This document shows, piece by piece, positions 8,516 to 16,741 of a stretch of 23,599 nucleotides of DNA (its first letter is position 1; every line of letters begins with the position of its first letter). The notes beneath the pieces were generated by a model, which was given only the letters and a program-made list of their open reading frames with translations, was not told the origin of the DNA and ran no database searches. Source of the stretch: Flexistipes sp. (lineage in GTDB: Bacteria > Chrysiogenota > Deferribacteres > Deferribacterales > Flexistipitaceae); assembly GCF_036172515.1 (NCBI RefSeq), contig NZ_JAXKVW010000024.1, positions 1-23,599 on the forward strand, in the 5' to 3' direction. The position numbers and the translations under genes are program-made.

Positions 8516-9970
8516 ATGTCAACAAGAGTTAGATTTGCTCCCAGTCCTACCGGACATCTGCATGTGGGAAATGCCAGAACCGCCCTTTTTAATTATCTTT
8601 ATGCAGCCTCAAAAAAGGGAAAATTTATTCTCAGAATAGAGGACACCGATTTGCAGCGCTCCTCAATGGAAAATGAAGAAATGATATACGAAGATATGAA
8701 ATGGCTGGGATTTTACTGGGATGAAGGACCCCGAAAAGGCGGTGAATATGGCCCGTACAGACAGACGGAGCGGTTTGATCTGTATAAAAAGTATGCGGAT
8801 AAACTGCTTGAGAATGGTTACGCATATAAATGCTTCTGTTCAAAGGAGGAGCTTGAAAAGGAGAAGGAGAAAGCTTTGGCCGAGGGCAGACCGCCCAGAT
8901 ACAGCGGGAAATGCAGGAATTTATCCGAAGGTGAAATTGAGAAACTTGAGAATAGAGGGATAAAACCTTCAATCCGGTTTAGAGTTAATAAAGAGAATGT
9001 GCTTGTGAGTGATGAAATCAGAGGGGATATTGACTTTAAAACCGATTCGTTCGGCGATTTTATCATAGTAAGGCCTGACGGCACACCGGTTTATAATTTT
9101 GTTGTTGTGATCGATGATGCGCTTATGAATATCTCCCATGTAATCCGGGGAGACGATCACCTGAGCAATACGCCGAAGCAGGTTCTTATGTTTGAGGCTA
9201 TGGGGTTTGATATACCCAAATTTGCCCATATACCGATGATATTGGGACCGGACCATTCCAAACTGAGCAAAAGGCACGGTGTTACCAGTATTAACGCGTT
9301 CAGGGATCAGGGATATCTGTCTGAAGCTTTGTTTAATTACCTTGCACTTTTAAGCTGGTCAGATGAAAACGAAAGGGAAATTTTATCAAGTGAGGAGCTC
9401 GCCGAAGTCTTCAGCCTTGAAAGGGTTTCCAAAAGTGCTGCTGTCTTTGATTTTGAGAAGCTGAAATGGATGAACGGTATATATATCAGAAATCTTGACG
9501 AAGATGATTTCTTTGAGAGGGTAAAACCGTTTATTGTTAAATCGGGAACGACCGACATACATTATATTGATGAAAATTCTGAGAGGGTGAAACAGATGGC
9601 TCTTTCCGTAAGGGACAACCTTGACCTGCTATCTGATATCGGAGATTATCTTAAGATTTATTTTGAGTATCCTGAGACTTTTGATGAGGAAGCTTCGGAA
9701 ATTTTATCATGGGAAACAACACCTGTTGTGATTAATATGCTTAAGGAAGAAGTTGAAAAAGCAGAAGAAATTGACGGAGTAAAATATAAAGAGATTGTGA
9801 AAAAGATACAGAAAGAGAAGAAAATCAAAGGGAAACCGCTTTTCATGGCAATTCGGGTTGGTCTCAGCGGTAAAACAAAAGGCCCTGAAGTGGATAAGCT
9901 TGCCACACTCCTGGACAAAGATGAGGTTTTGAAACGTCTGGCAAGGGTTTCCGCTCATTTTAGCGAGTGA
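8516..9970 (+). CDS. gltX: glutamyl-tRNA synthetase
   Basis: 484 aa; class-I HIGH motif (HVGNART) and KMSKS-type KLSKR; GGAGG SD at 6 nt. Confidence 0.95.
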   Translation: MSTRVRFAPSPTGHLHVGNARTALFNYLYAASKKGKFILRIEDTDLQRSSMENEEMIYEDMKWLGFYWDEGPRKGGEYGPYRQTERFDLYKKYADKLLENGYAYKCFCSKEELEKEKEKALAEGRPPRYSGKCRNLSEGEIEKLENRGIKPSIRFRVNKENVLVSDEIRGDIDFKTDSFGDFIIVRPDGTPVYNFVVVIDDALMNISHVIRGDDHLSNTPKQVLMFEAMGFDIPKFAHIPMILGPDHSKLSKRHGVTSINAFRDQGYLSEALFNYLALLSWSDENEREILSSEELAEVFSLERVSKSAAVFDFEKLKWMNGIYIRNLDEDDFFERVKPFIVKSGTTDIHYIDENSERVKQMALSVRDNLDLLSDIGDYLKIYFEYPETFDEEASEILSWETTPVVINMLKEEVEKAEEIDGVKYKEIVKKIQKEKKIKGKPLFMAIRVGLSGKTKGPEVDKLATLLDKDEVLKRLARVSAHFSE

Positions 9971-9973
9971 CAG

Positions 9974-11308
9974 ATGCTGAAAGTAGGAATTATAGGCCGG
10001 CCTAATGTCGGAAAATCAACACTTTTTAATAAAATCACAGGCAGCAGATCAGCTATTGTAAATGATATGCCCGGTGTGACCCGGGACAGACTGGAAAAAG
10101 TCACCGAATGGCTGGGAGTCAGATTCACAGTAGTGGATTCGGCCGGTTTTGATCTCAAAGAAGAAATCATAAAAAAAGAGATGCAGCAACAATTCTTCAC
10201 TCTTCTGGATGAGGTGGATGTATGTCTGCTGATGGTTGATGTAACAGAAGGTGTGCATTCATTGGATGAAATAGTATGCAACCTGCTAAGGGAAAAGGGT
10301 AAAACGTTTTTTCTTGTGGTAAACAAAGTTGACAGTGAAAAAAGGGAGTATCTTGCAAGCGAATTTTACAGGCTCGGAGTCTCAGAGATGTTTCTCATCA
10401 GCTCAGAACACGGAAGAAATGTTGACATGCTTCTGGACAGGATTCTGGATGAAGCTCAGAAATACGAGCAGGAAGAGGAACCGGATGAGCCGGCTGACTT
10501 GCTGAGATTTACAATAATCGGTAAACCTAATGTTGGCAAATCCAGTATATTAAACAAAATACTGGGAAAGGGAAGGGTTATAGTAACTAAAATACCGGGG
10601 ACAACAAGGGATGCTGTGGATACATATTTCACTTTTGAAGATAAAGATTATGTCCTGACGGATACGGCGGGCATCCGTAAAAAATCTGTCATGTTTAAGG
10701 ACGCTGTGGAGAAAATCGGATATTACAGGGGGATGGATGCCCTTGAGCGTTCAGATATTGCCATTGCAATTCTCGATGCCGTTCAAGGGGTTACCGAGAG
10801 GGATGTGAAAATTATAGCGGATGCTGTTGATATGGGGCGCCCCGTCATTATTGTTTTTAACAAGTGGGATTTAATAAAAGAGGATAAAAAGAAGACAGCA
10901 AGGAATCTGCAGTTTCAGGTGAAGGACAGGATTAAATTTATCACCAACCCTCCGATAATTTTTACTTCAGCTTTTACGGGAAACCGTCTGGACAATATAT
11001 TTAAGTATGCTCAGACGTTGTATAAAGAGTATTCAAAAAGAATAAAAACCGCTGAGCTTAATAAACTTTTACAGTTTGCACAGGAGAGGCATCAACCGCC
11101 TGTTGTAAGTAACAGAAGACTAAAATTTTTCTATATGACACAGGTAGATGTGAAACCGCCCTATTTTGTAATATTTGTAAACTATCCTGAAGCTGTACAT
11201 TTTTCCTATAAACGCTATATTCTTAACCTGATAAGAGAAGCATACGGTTTTGACGGTATCCCTCTTAGAATAGGAATCAGAAAAAGGAAAGGCAGGGATG
11301 AAAAATAG
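9974..11308 (+). CDS. der: ribosome-assembly GTPase Der/EngA (tandem GTPase domains + KH-like C-terminal domain)
   Basis: Two P-loops (GRPNVGKST, GKPNVGKSS), two DxxG switch-II motifs and NKVD/NKWD G4 boxes. Starts 4 nt after the gltX stop. Confidence 0.95.
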   Translation: MLKVGIIGRPNVGKSTLFNKITGSRSAIVNDMPGVTRDRLEKVTEWLGVRFTVVDSAGFDLKEEIIKKEMQQQFFTLLDEVDVCLLMVDVTEGVHSLDEIVCNLLREKGKTFFLVVNKVDSEKREYLASEFYRLGVSEMFLISSEHGRNVDMLLDRILDEAQKYEQEEEPDEPADLLRFTIIGKPNVGKSSILNKILGKGRVIVTKIPGTTRDAVDTYFTFEDKDYVLTDTAGIRKKSVMFKDAVEKIGYYRGMDALERSDIAIAILDAVQGVTERDVKIIADAVDMGRPVIIVFNKWDLIKEDKKKTARNLQFQVKDRIKFITNPPIIFTSAFTGNRLDNIFKYAQTLYKEYSKRIKTAELNKLLQFAQERHQPPVVSNRRLKFFYMTQVDVKPPYFVIFVNYPEAVHFSYKRYILNLIREAYGFDGIPLRIGIRKRKGRDEK

Positions 11309-11377
11309 TATTAAATTATATGAATATTAAGTTTTTATATTGAAAAAATGCAGCTATAAGTTATTATTGATGTAAAT

Positions 11378-11538
11378 TCAGTTTCGCACTTCGCTGTGTC
11401 ATTGCGAAACTGAGCACTTAAGAATTTAAGTGCTCGCTTGTGGCAATCTCAAAATAATAATAAACGAGAGATTGCTTCGTCTACGCCCACGGGCGTACCC
11501 TCGCAAAGACTTGCAATAGGTACATGTGCGAAACTTGA
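11378..11538 (-). mobile_element. MITE-like element, copy A (inverted relative to copies B and C)
   Basis: Terminal inverted repeats TCA-GTTTCGCAC (left) and GTGCGAAACTTGA (right). The reverse complement shares blocks GTCTTTGCGAGG, GACGAAGCAATCTCTC and TTGAGATTGCCACAAGC with copy B. Internal perfect hairpins: GAGCACTTAA-gaat-TTAAGTGCTC, GCAATCTC/GAGATTGC and TACGCC-cacg-GGCGTA. Fills the whole der-tlpA intergenic gap. No flanking direct repeat was detected. Confidence 0.6.
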
Positions 11539-11576
11539 AGAAGTGAATTGATATCTGATGATTTTGGAGGAAATTT

Positions 11577-12101
11577 ATGGTTAAGTCGCTGTTATATAAG
11601 AAAGTATTAGTTTTTTATGTTGTTCTGGCATCTTTGCTTTTGGTTTCATGTGAGTCAGCACAGAATAAAAATGACAGCAGAAGTTCTGCAATCTCATCAG
11701 AGGAAGTCGAAGATTTCAAGACGATAGGAATGTCCGGACTGAACGACTTGAAGAAAAAATATTCAGATAAAATCATACTGGTAAATTTTTTCGCTTCTTG
11801 GTGCCCGCCGTGCAAGGAGGAAACTCCTGAATTTATAGAAGTATACAATGAGAATAAGGATAAATTTGTTATTATCGGATTAAGCATAGATGACAGCAAA
11901 AAAGATGCTGTGAATTTTATCAATGATATGGGAATACCTTATCCCGTATTTCACGCCAAAAGATCACTGGAAAAACGACTTAATATAACCGGTGTCCCGA
12001 CCAACATTTTTTATGCACCCGGAGGTGAGTTATACAATTTTTATGTGGGTGCTTTAAGTAAGGACTTTGTGGAAAAGGTAATCGCGCAGATATCGGGCTA
12101 G
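11577..12101 (+). CDS. TlpA/ResA-like thiol:disulfide oxidoreductase lipoprotein (thioredoxin fold)
   Basis: Signal peptide with lipobox LLVSC; thioredoxin active site WCPPC; cis-Pro region GVPT; GGAGG SD at 7 nt. Confidence 0.8.
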   Translation: MVKSLLYKKVLVFYVVLASLLLVSCESAQNKNDSRSSAISSEEVEDFKTIGMSGLNDLKKKYSDKIILVNFFASWCPPCKEETPEFIEVYNENKDKFVIIGLSIDDSKKDAVNFINDMGIPYPVFHAKRSLEKRLNITGVPTNIFYAPGGELYNFYVGALSKDFVEKVIAQISG

Positions 12102-12427
12102 ATAATAAAAAAAGACTAGCCTTGCAACTATCTGGTATTTTTATTTGCTTAATTTATTATGAGCAAATTTTGCGACAATATATGTTGTTAACTTATACCT
12201 AAATTTTTTGATTTTGTGTCAGGCAGTTAACGTTATTATGTTTTGGCAGGCAAAAGCACTTCTCTGTAATTAGCATATTCAAATAATTGCATAAGTCATT
12301 GTAGCTTAAAATTTAATCTTTGATTTTTATTTATATGTTGTATAATTTGATTCCAGGGATTCTTGAGTCAACAGGTATGTTTTTGCTTATAAATTAAAGC
12401 TGAATTAGTAAAATTGGGAGGTTAGAA

Positions 12428-13738
12428 GTGAAAAGATTATTTTTGGTAATGTTATTTTGTTTTGCATTTTCAGGCCTGAGTTATGCAGCCGGGTGTGTTA
12501 CGGAAGAATGTCACTCAGATATTCAAAAGTATGAATATCTGCACGGCCCTACTGCAGCTATGCAGTGTGAAGTTTGCCATACGGCAAGCCCGGAAGAATT
12601 AGAAAATCATAAAGAAAGACCCAAAAGTTTTATAGACTTTAAGAGTCCTGTTAAAGAGGGACCGGTATGCGTGATGTGCCACAGTAATCAGAGAGACGGG
12701 AAAAATATTCATTTTCCTGTTGCTAATGGAGACTGTGCATCCTGTCACAACCCTCACGGTGGTAATAATAAGTTTTTTGTAAAGGGTAAAGCCGAAGCTG
12801 ACACGTGTATGCAGTGCCATGAAAAAGATATGTTTAACAAAAAATACCAGCACGGCCCGTTGGCTGCCGGAGAATGTGCCTCCTGTCACGATCCGCATGC
12901 TTCAAACTACAAAGCGCACCTTAGATTTCCTCCGGACCAATTGTGTTATCAGTGCCATGAAGATAAAAAGGAGGCTTTTAACAAAGCCGTTGTTCACGCA
13001 CCTATAAAAGATGGATGTACTTCATGTCATGCTCCCCACAGTTCCAATGCTAAATTTCATCTGAAATCCACCAGTGAAAAAGCACTGTGTGTGGAATGCC
13101 ATCAAAAGACCACTCCTAAACTTATGAATAGAATAAAAAATGCTGAGTTTCAGCATAAGCCTGTAGAGGATGGCAACTGCGGCGGGTGTCATAATCCCCA
13201 TGCTTCAGAATTCGGACAGCTTCTGCGTTCAGAAGCAAAAACCGTCTGTTTCAGCTGTCATTCCGAGCTTGGAAACAGGGTAAAGAATGCAAAATATGTA
13301 CACGGTCCTGTTGCCACAAGTGGATGCTCGGCCTGCCACAGCCCTCACGGTTCGGATAATCCTTTTATACTGTTTGAATATTTTCCCAAAGAATTTTACA
13401 ACGCTTATCAGCAAGGAATGTATCAGCTCTGTTTTGAGTGTCATGACCAAAAGATTCTTGAAAAACAGTATACACAGGAGGCCACCAAATTCAGAAACGG
13501 CAATGAGAACCTTCATTATACCCATGTTATGATTAAAGGCAAAGGGCGAAGCTGCAAGGCCTGTCATGAAGTTCATGCCTCCAATCAGCCTTTACAGGTT
13601 AGAAAAGGTGTGCCATACGGCAGTGGAGGCTGGGAACTTCCTGTTAATTTTACGAAAAAGGAGCATGGCGGAACCTGTGTTGTGGGATGCCATAAACCGA
13701 AAACATATAACAGGAAAAATGCGTATAATAACCAGTGA
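12428..13738 (+). CDS. periplasmic multiheme c-type cytochrome (~13 canonical CXXCH)
   Basis: GTG start with GGGAGG SD at 7 nt; signal peptide MKRLFLVMLFCFAFSGLSYAAG. Hand count gives 13 CXXCH plus one CX3CH (CVVGCH) and one CX4CH (CVTEECH). Recurring HGPxAxxxCxxCHxPH modules resemble the paired-CXXCH / c7-like arrangement of metal-reducer cytochromes. Confidence 0.85.
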   Translation: MKRLFLVMLFCFAFSGLSYAAGCVTEECHSDIQKYEYLHGPTAAMQCEVCHTASPEELENHKERPKSFIDFKSPVKEGPVCVMCHSNQRDGKNIHFPVANGDCASCHNPHGGNNKFFVKGKAEADTCMQCHEKDMFNKKYQHGPLAAGECASCHDPHASNYKAHLRFPPDQLCYQCHEDKKEAFNKAVVHAPIKDGCTSCHAPHSSNAKFHLKSTSEKALCVECHQKTTPKLMNRIKNAEFQHKPVEDGNCGGCHNPHASEFGQLLRSEAKTVCFSCHSELGNRVKNAKYVHGPVATSGCSACHSPHGSDNPFILFEYFPKEFYNAYQQGMYQLCFECHDQKILEKQYTQEATKFRNGNENLHYTHVMIKGKGRSCKACHEVHASNQPLQVRKGVPYGSGGWELPVNFTKKEHGGTCVVGCHKPKTYNRKNAYNNQ

Positions 13739-13748
13739 TAAGTGTAAT

Positions 13749-13929
13749 TCAAGTTTCGCACTTACACTGTTTTCGCGTCTTTGCGAGGAGTGAAAACGAC
13801 GAAGCAATCTCTCTACTTTTCTTGTTTTGAGATTGCCACAAGCCTGTTTCCACATGATTTCGCAAGGATGCCTATGGCATATATATTCGGTAGAAGCGAA
13901 TGCTAGACAAAACGAAGTGCGAAACTTGA
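13749..13929 (+). mobile_element. MITE-like element, copy B (reference orientation)
   Basis: TIRs TCAAGTTTCGCACTT (13749-) and AAGTGCGAAACTTGA (-13929), matching 15/15 as reverse complements. 8-bp flanks AGTGTAAT / TGTGTAAG match 6/8. Occupies the whole cytochrome-TPR intergenic gap. Confidence 0.6.
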
Positions 13930-13978
13930 TGTGTAAGTGGATAAATGCGTTAATTTAATATTAAAAAAGGAGCTGAAT

Positions 13979-14929
13979 ATGAATTACAGAATAGTTTTAG
14001 GATGCATTCTTTCTTTGTTGATTGTTTCAACTGTTATAGGTGCATTTCCTTTACAACAGCTCGAAAAGGGTGACACTGTTTCCATTCAAAAGTTTAAAGG
14101 ATTGAATAAGGAATTATCAGGTATAGATAAAAATTCAGAAACAAAGCTTTTGCTTCTTTGGAGGCACGATAAGCGTACGAATGTTGATACGATAAAAAGC
14201 TTTGCTGAAATGTGCAGCAAAAGGGATGTTCCCTGCATTGCGGTTGATCTGCAGGAAGGGACTATGGAACAAATTAAAAGTATTGTCGGAGCAGATGCAG
14301 CTGAAGATATATATTTTGCCCACGATAAGACTGGTGTAACTGATGACTGGGGTATTTTTACACTGCCGGTAACACTTTTCCTGGATAAAAATAACAAAGT
14401 AATAAATGCTGTCGGTTATGAAGGTCAGTATGCTGTTCAAGTGGGAAGATATGTAGATTTTCTCACCGGCAAAATTTCTGAAGAGGAATATAAAAAATTT
14501 GAAAACACGAGTGTGGTACATGACAGAAGAAGCAGACTGCCAAAAATCAATTTTATAAAAAGGCTTATAGAAGACGGTCAGCCCGAGGATGCTAAAGAGC
14601 GTCTGGCAAAGCTGGATAAAAAAGACCTTACTATGGAGGAAAAGCTAAATCTTGCTGAAGTTTATCTGAAGCTTGACATGCCGGATAAGGTTGAAGAAGC
14701 GCTGCAAGGTGTTTCCGAATATAATGTTGGAGCCAAGTTTTACCGGGCGTACGCAGCTTATCTCAAGGGGAATTTAGATAAGGCATTAAAGACGCTTCAT
14801 TCGATAGAGAAGATATATCCTCAGAAAAAGAAACTTTTTTATTTGTTAGGCGAAATATATAAACAAAAAGGTGATTATAAAAATGCTGCAGAATATTTTG
14901 AAAAATCTTGCAATAATTCTGCTATTTAG
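13979..14929 (+). CDS. secreted/anchored protein: CxxC-less thioredoxin-like domain fused to C-terminal TPR repeats
   Basis: The track ORF starts at GTG 13937, but ATG 13979 (MNYRIVLGCILSLLIV…) follows an AAGGAG SD at 7 nt. N-terminal hydrophobic segment. Central domain has TlpA-like secondary pattern, but LWRHDKRT sits where WCPPC would be. The C-terminal third has TPR-like AxxYxxxG periodicity. Confidence 0.6.
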   Translation: MNYRIVLGCILSLLIVSTVIGAFPLQQLEKGDTVSIQKFKGLNKELSGIDKNSETKLLLLWRHDKRTNVDTIKSFAEMCSKRDVPCIAVDLQEGTMEQIKSIVGADAAEDIYFAHDKTGVTDDWGIFTLPVTLFLDKNNKVINAVGYEGQYAVQVGRYVDFLTGKISEEEYKKFENTSVVHDRRSRLPKINFIKRLIEDGQPEDAKERLAKLDKKDLTMEEKLNLAEVYLKLDMPDKVEEALQGVSEYNVGAKFYRAYAAYLKGNLDKALKTLHSIEKIYPQKKKLFYLLGEIYKQKGDYKNAAEYFEKSCNNSAI

Positions 14930-15060
14930 TATATCTACTGCTGCCTTTGCGGCCGGAAGCGAACTGCATATTTATTTTCCCCGTAAAGGCAGTGTTGTTA
15001 ACAGCGACAGTATCTTTTAGTTATAGCTAAAAAAGTATCTAATTTAGAACTTCCAAGAAC

Positions 15061-15097
15061 AAGGCCTTTGAATCAGTGCCCCATATTCAAAGGCCTT
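15061..15097. repeat. perfect 13-bp inverted repeat (hairpin/cruciform) AAGGCCTTTGAAT-n11-ATTCAAAGGCCTT
   Basis: Seen directly. The stem is exactly complementary with an 11-nt loop CAGTGCCCCAT. Neither strand has a U-tract after it, so it is not an obvious intrinsic terminator. Lies 130 nt after the TPR gene stop. Confidence 0.5.
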
Positions 15098-15589
15098 AAA
15101 ACTATTGGAGTCTAGGTACTTATGAAAATCAGGCTATGCCATTTCGTATTAGTGTCTTACACATTTCAGTGAAATCTCATCATGGTGGGAAAATCTATTC
15201 TCATCCAGCAGTGTGAATTTTACAAAGCGGGTTCTGTCCACAAAGAGCATTTTTGTGGTGCCGCTGTCAAGGCTGGTCAGCCAGAAGAAATAAAGCTTCA
15301 GATTATCTGTATAATTGTAGGTGCTGCAGCCTACAATTTTATAATTTTCACTGCATATCATAATAAACACCATAAATAAGTACTTATTTATTATATAAAA
15401 AAATAAAAATTTTGTAAGCGAAAATTTGATATTGGCTTAACTGAGAGTTTTGAAAAATTCTGGAAGCAGGGCTTCAGCCTGCAATGTTTATCTTGAAACC
15501 CAGTGTTGTAAAGAGGCGGGACTATCCGAGCACTTAAGTTTTAAGTGCTCGGCCGAAAACTTCGAAAAACACATTATTCAAACCTATTA

Positions 15590-15714
15590 ACCTTGAACTT
15601 TGAACATTGAACTAACCTCACTCTCACATTCACACTCACTTTGCACTTGGTCCTTGGAACTTACCACTTACCACGTAGTACTTAGTACTTATCACTTAGC
15701 ACTAACTACCTCTC
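15590..15714. repeat. array of ~18 degenerate 6-7-nt tandem units (ACNTTGA / ACTCTC / ACTTNNN)
   Basis: Seen directly. Units read ACCTTGA ACTTTGA ACATTGA … ACTCTC ACATTC ACACTC ACTTTGC ACTTGGT CCTTGGA ACTTACC ACTTACC ACGTAGT ACTTAGT ACTTATC ACTTAGC ACTAACT ACCTCTC. The period is not a multiple of 3 and there is no ORF, so it is non-coding. Lies in the 3' flank of trmI. Confidence 0.6.
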
Positions 15715-15781
15715 TATTTGACATAGCTCTTAAAAAAATGGGAGGACACCAAAAACATTGAAGATAATATTCATTTAAAAG

Positions 15782-16561
15782 TTAAGAGATGCTGGTCTTT
15801 CTTGCTCTTACAATAAATGCGCTGTGATTGTACATCCACATCTCGGGTCTGACTGACAAACCGTCGACTTTCCAGGGGCGCTTTATTATTTCGAATGTGC
15901 TGAGGTCATCAAAAAAACCGCTTGCTTTCAGTGTATCCACATATGTTTTTACCTGCAGGATTGTTGGTATGTAAGAAACGATAATTCCCCCGCCCACAAG
16001 ACCGTTTTTTGTATGCTCTATAACATGCCAGGGTTCCGGCACATCCAGCAAAATCCTGTCATATATTCCCTCAAATCCTTCGTAAATATTACCAATTTTT
16101 ATATCATGTATCTCTGTTAATTCTCTGCAGAAATCATCGATAAATTTTTTTGACTGTTCGGCGAAATCCTCCCTGATTTCATATGTTGTAAGTCTGCCCT
16201 GGTTTCCGAGAGCCCGGAGCAGTGCCATAGATAAAGCACCCTGGCCGATACCCGACTCCAATACATTAAGACCGGGATAGATATCAGCTTCCATCAGCAT
16301 TTGGGCAGTATCTTTGGGATATATAATCTGGGCGTTTCGTTTCAGATTCATTACATAGTCTGTATATGTGGTGCTGAAGATGCGATATTTAAAATTTTTG
16401 TTTGTTTTTGCAGTACCCCCGTCACCCGCTTCTATAATATCATTATGATCTATAAAACCGTACTGACTGGAAAAACGCCCCGTTTCCTTGAGCTTTACCA
16501 TGTGTCTTCTGTTTTTATGGTCGATTAAGACGACTCTGTCACCGTAATTAATATTCTTCAT
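15782..16561 (-). CDS. trmI: tRNA (adenine-N1)-methyltransferase, TrmI/Gcd14 family
   Basis: 259 aa; N-terminal small beta domain (GDRVVLIDHKNRRHMVKL) followed by a SAM-MTase fold with LESGIGQGALSMAL motif I and LLDVPEPW motif. Confidence 0.75.
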   Translation of the reverse strand: MKNINYGDRVVLIDHKNRRHMVKLKETGRFSSQYGFIDHNDIIEAGDGGTAKTNKNFKYRIFSTTYTDYVMNLKRNAQIIYPKDTAQMLMEADIYPGLNVLESGIGQGALSMALLRALGNQGRLTTYEIREDFAEQSKKFIDDFCRELTEIHDIKIGNIYEGFEGIYDRILLDVPEPWHVIEHTKNGLVGGGIIVSYIPTILQVKTYVDTLKASGFFDDLSTFEIIKRPWKVDGLSVRPEMWMYNHSAFIVRARKTSIS

Positions 16562-16741
16562 TCGTCTCCTTTGTTTGTCTGCAGTATGTGCATATGGTTA
16601 TGAAGCGTACTGCATTTTTTTTGTTTTCTTGTCTTTTGATACAGCATTAGTTATTTTATCACAACCCTTTTAACAGCTTTCCCTTGTGTTAGAGATTATT
16701 TTTACTATATTGTAAAAACTAATGCAAAGTAAAGGTGGATT

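Noticed and set aside
7795-9277. ORFs antisense to the DGC gene (7795..8391) and to gltX (8631..9277, 9337..9958), and 9955..10326 antisense to der
   Set aside because: Embedded in strongly supported genes on the opposite strand, with no motifs.
12220-12258. Sigma54-like TGGCAG-N-AGCA upstream of the cytochrome gene
   Set aside because: GG-to-GC spacing is one nt short of the -24/-12 consensus, and the -12 element is AAGC rather than TTGC. Not reportable as a promoter.
12428-13738. CVTEECH and CVVGCH counted as extra heme sites
   Set aside because: They are CX4CH and CX3CH, not canonical CXXCH, so they were left out of the canonical count of 13.
15149-15379. Two small ORFs (74 aa on the minus strand, 65 aa on the plus strand)
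   Set aside because: They overlap each other almost completely on opposite strands. Neither has an SD or a recognisable domain, so the region is treated as non-coding pending RNA-seq.
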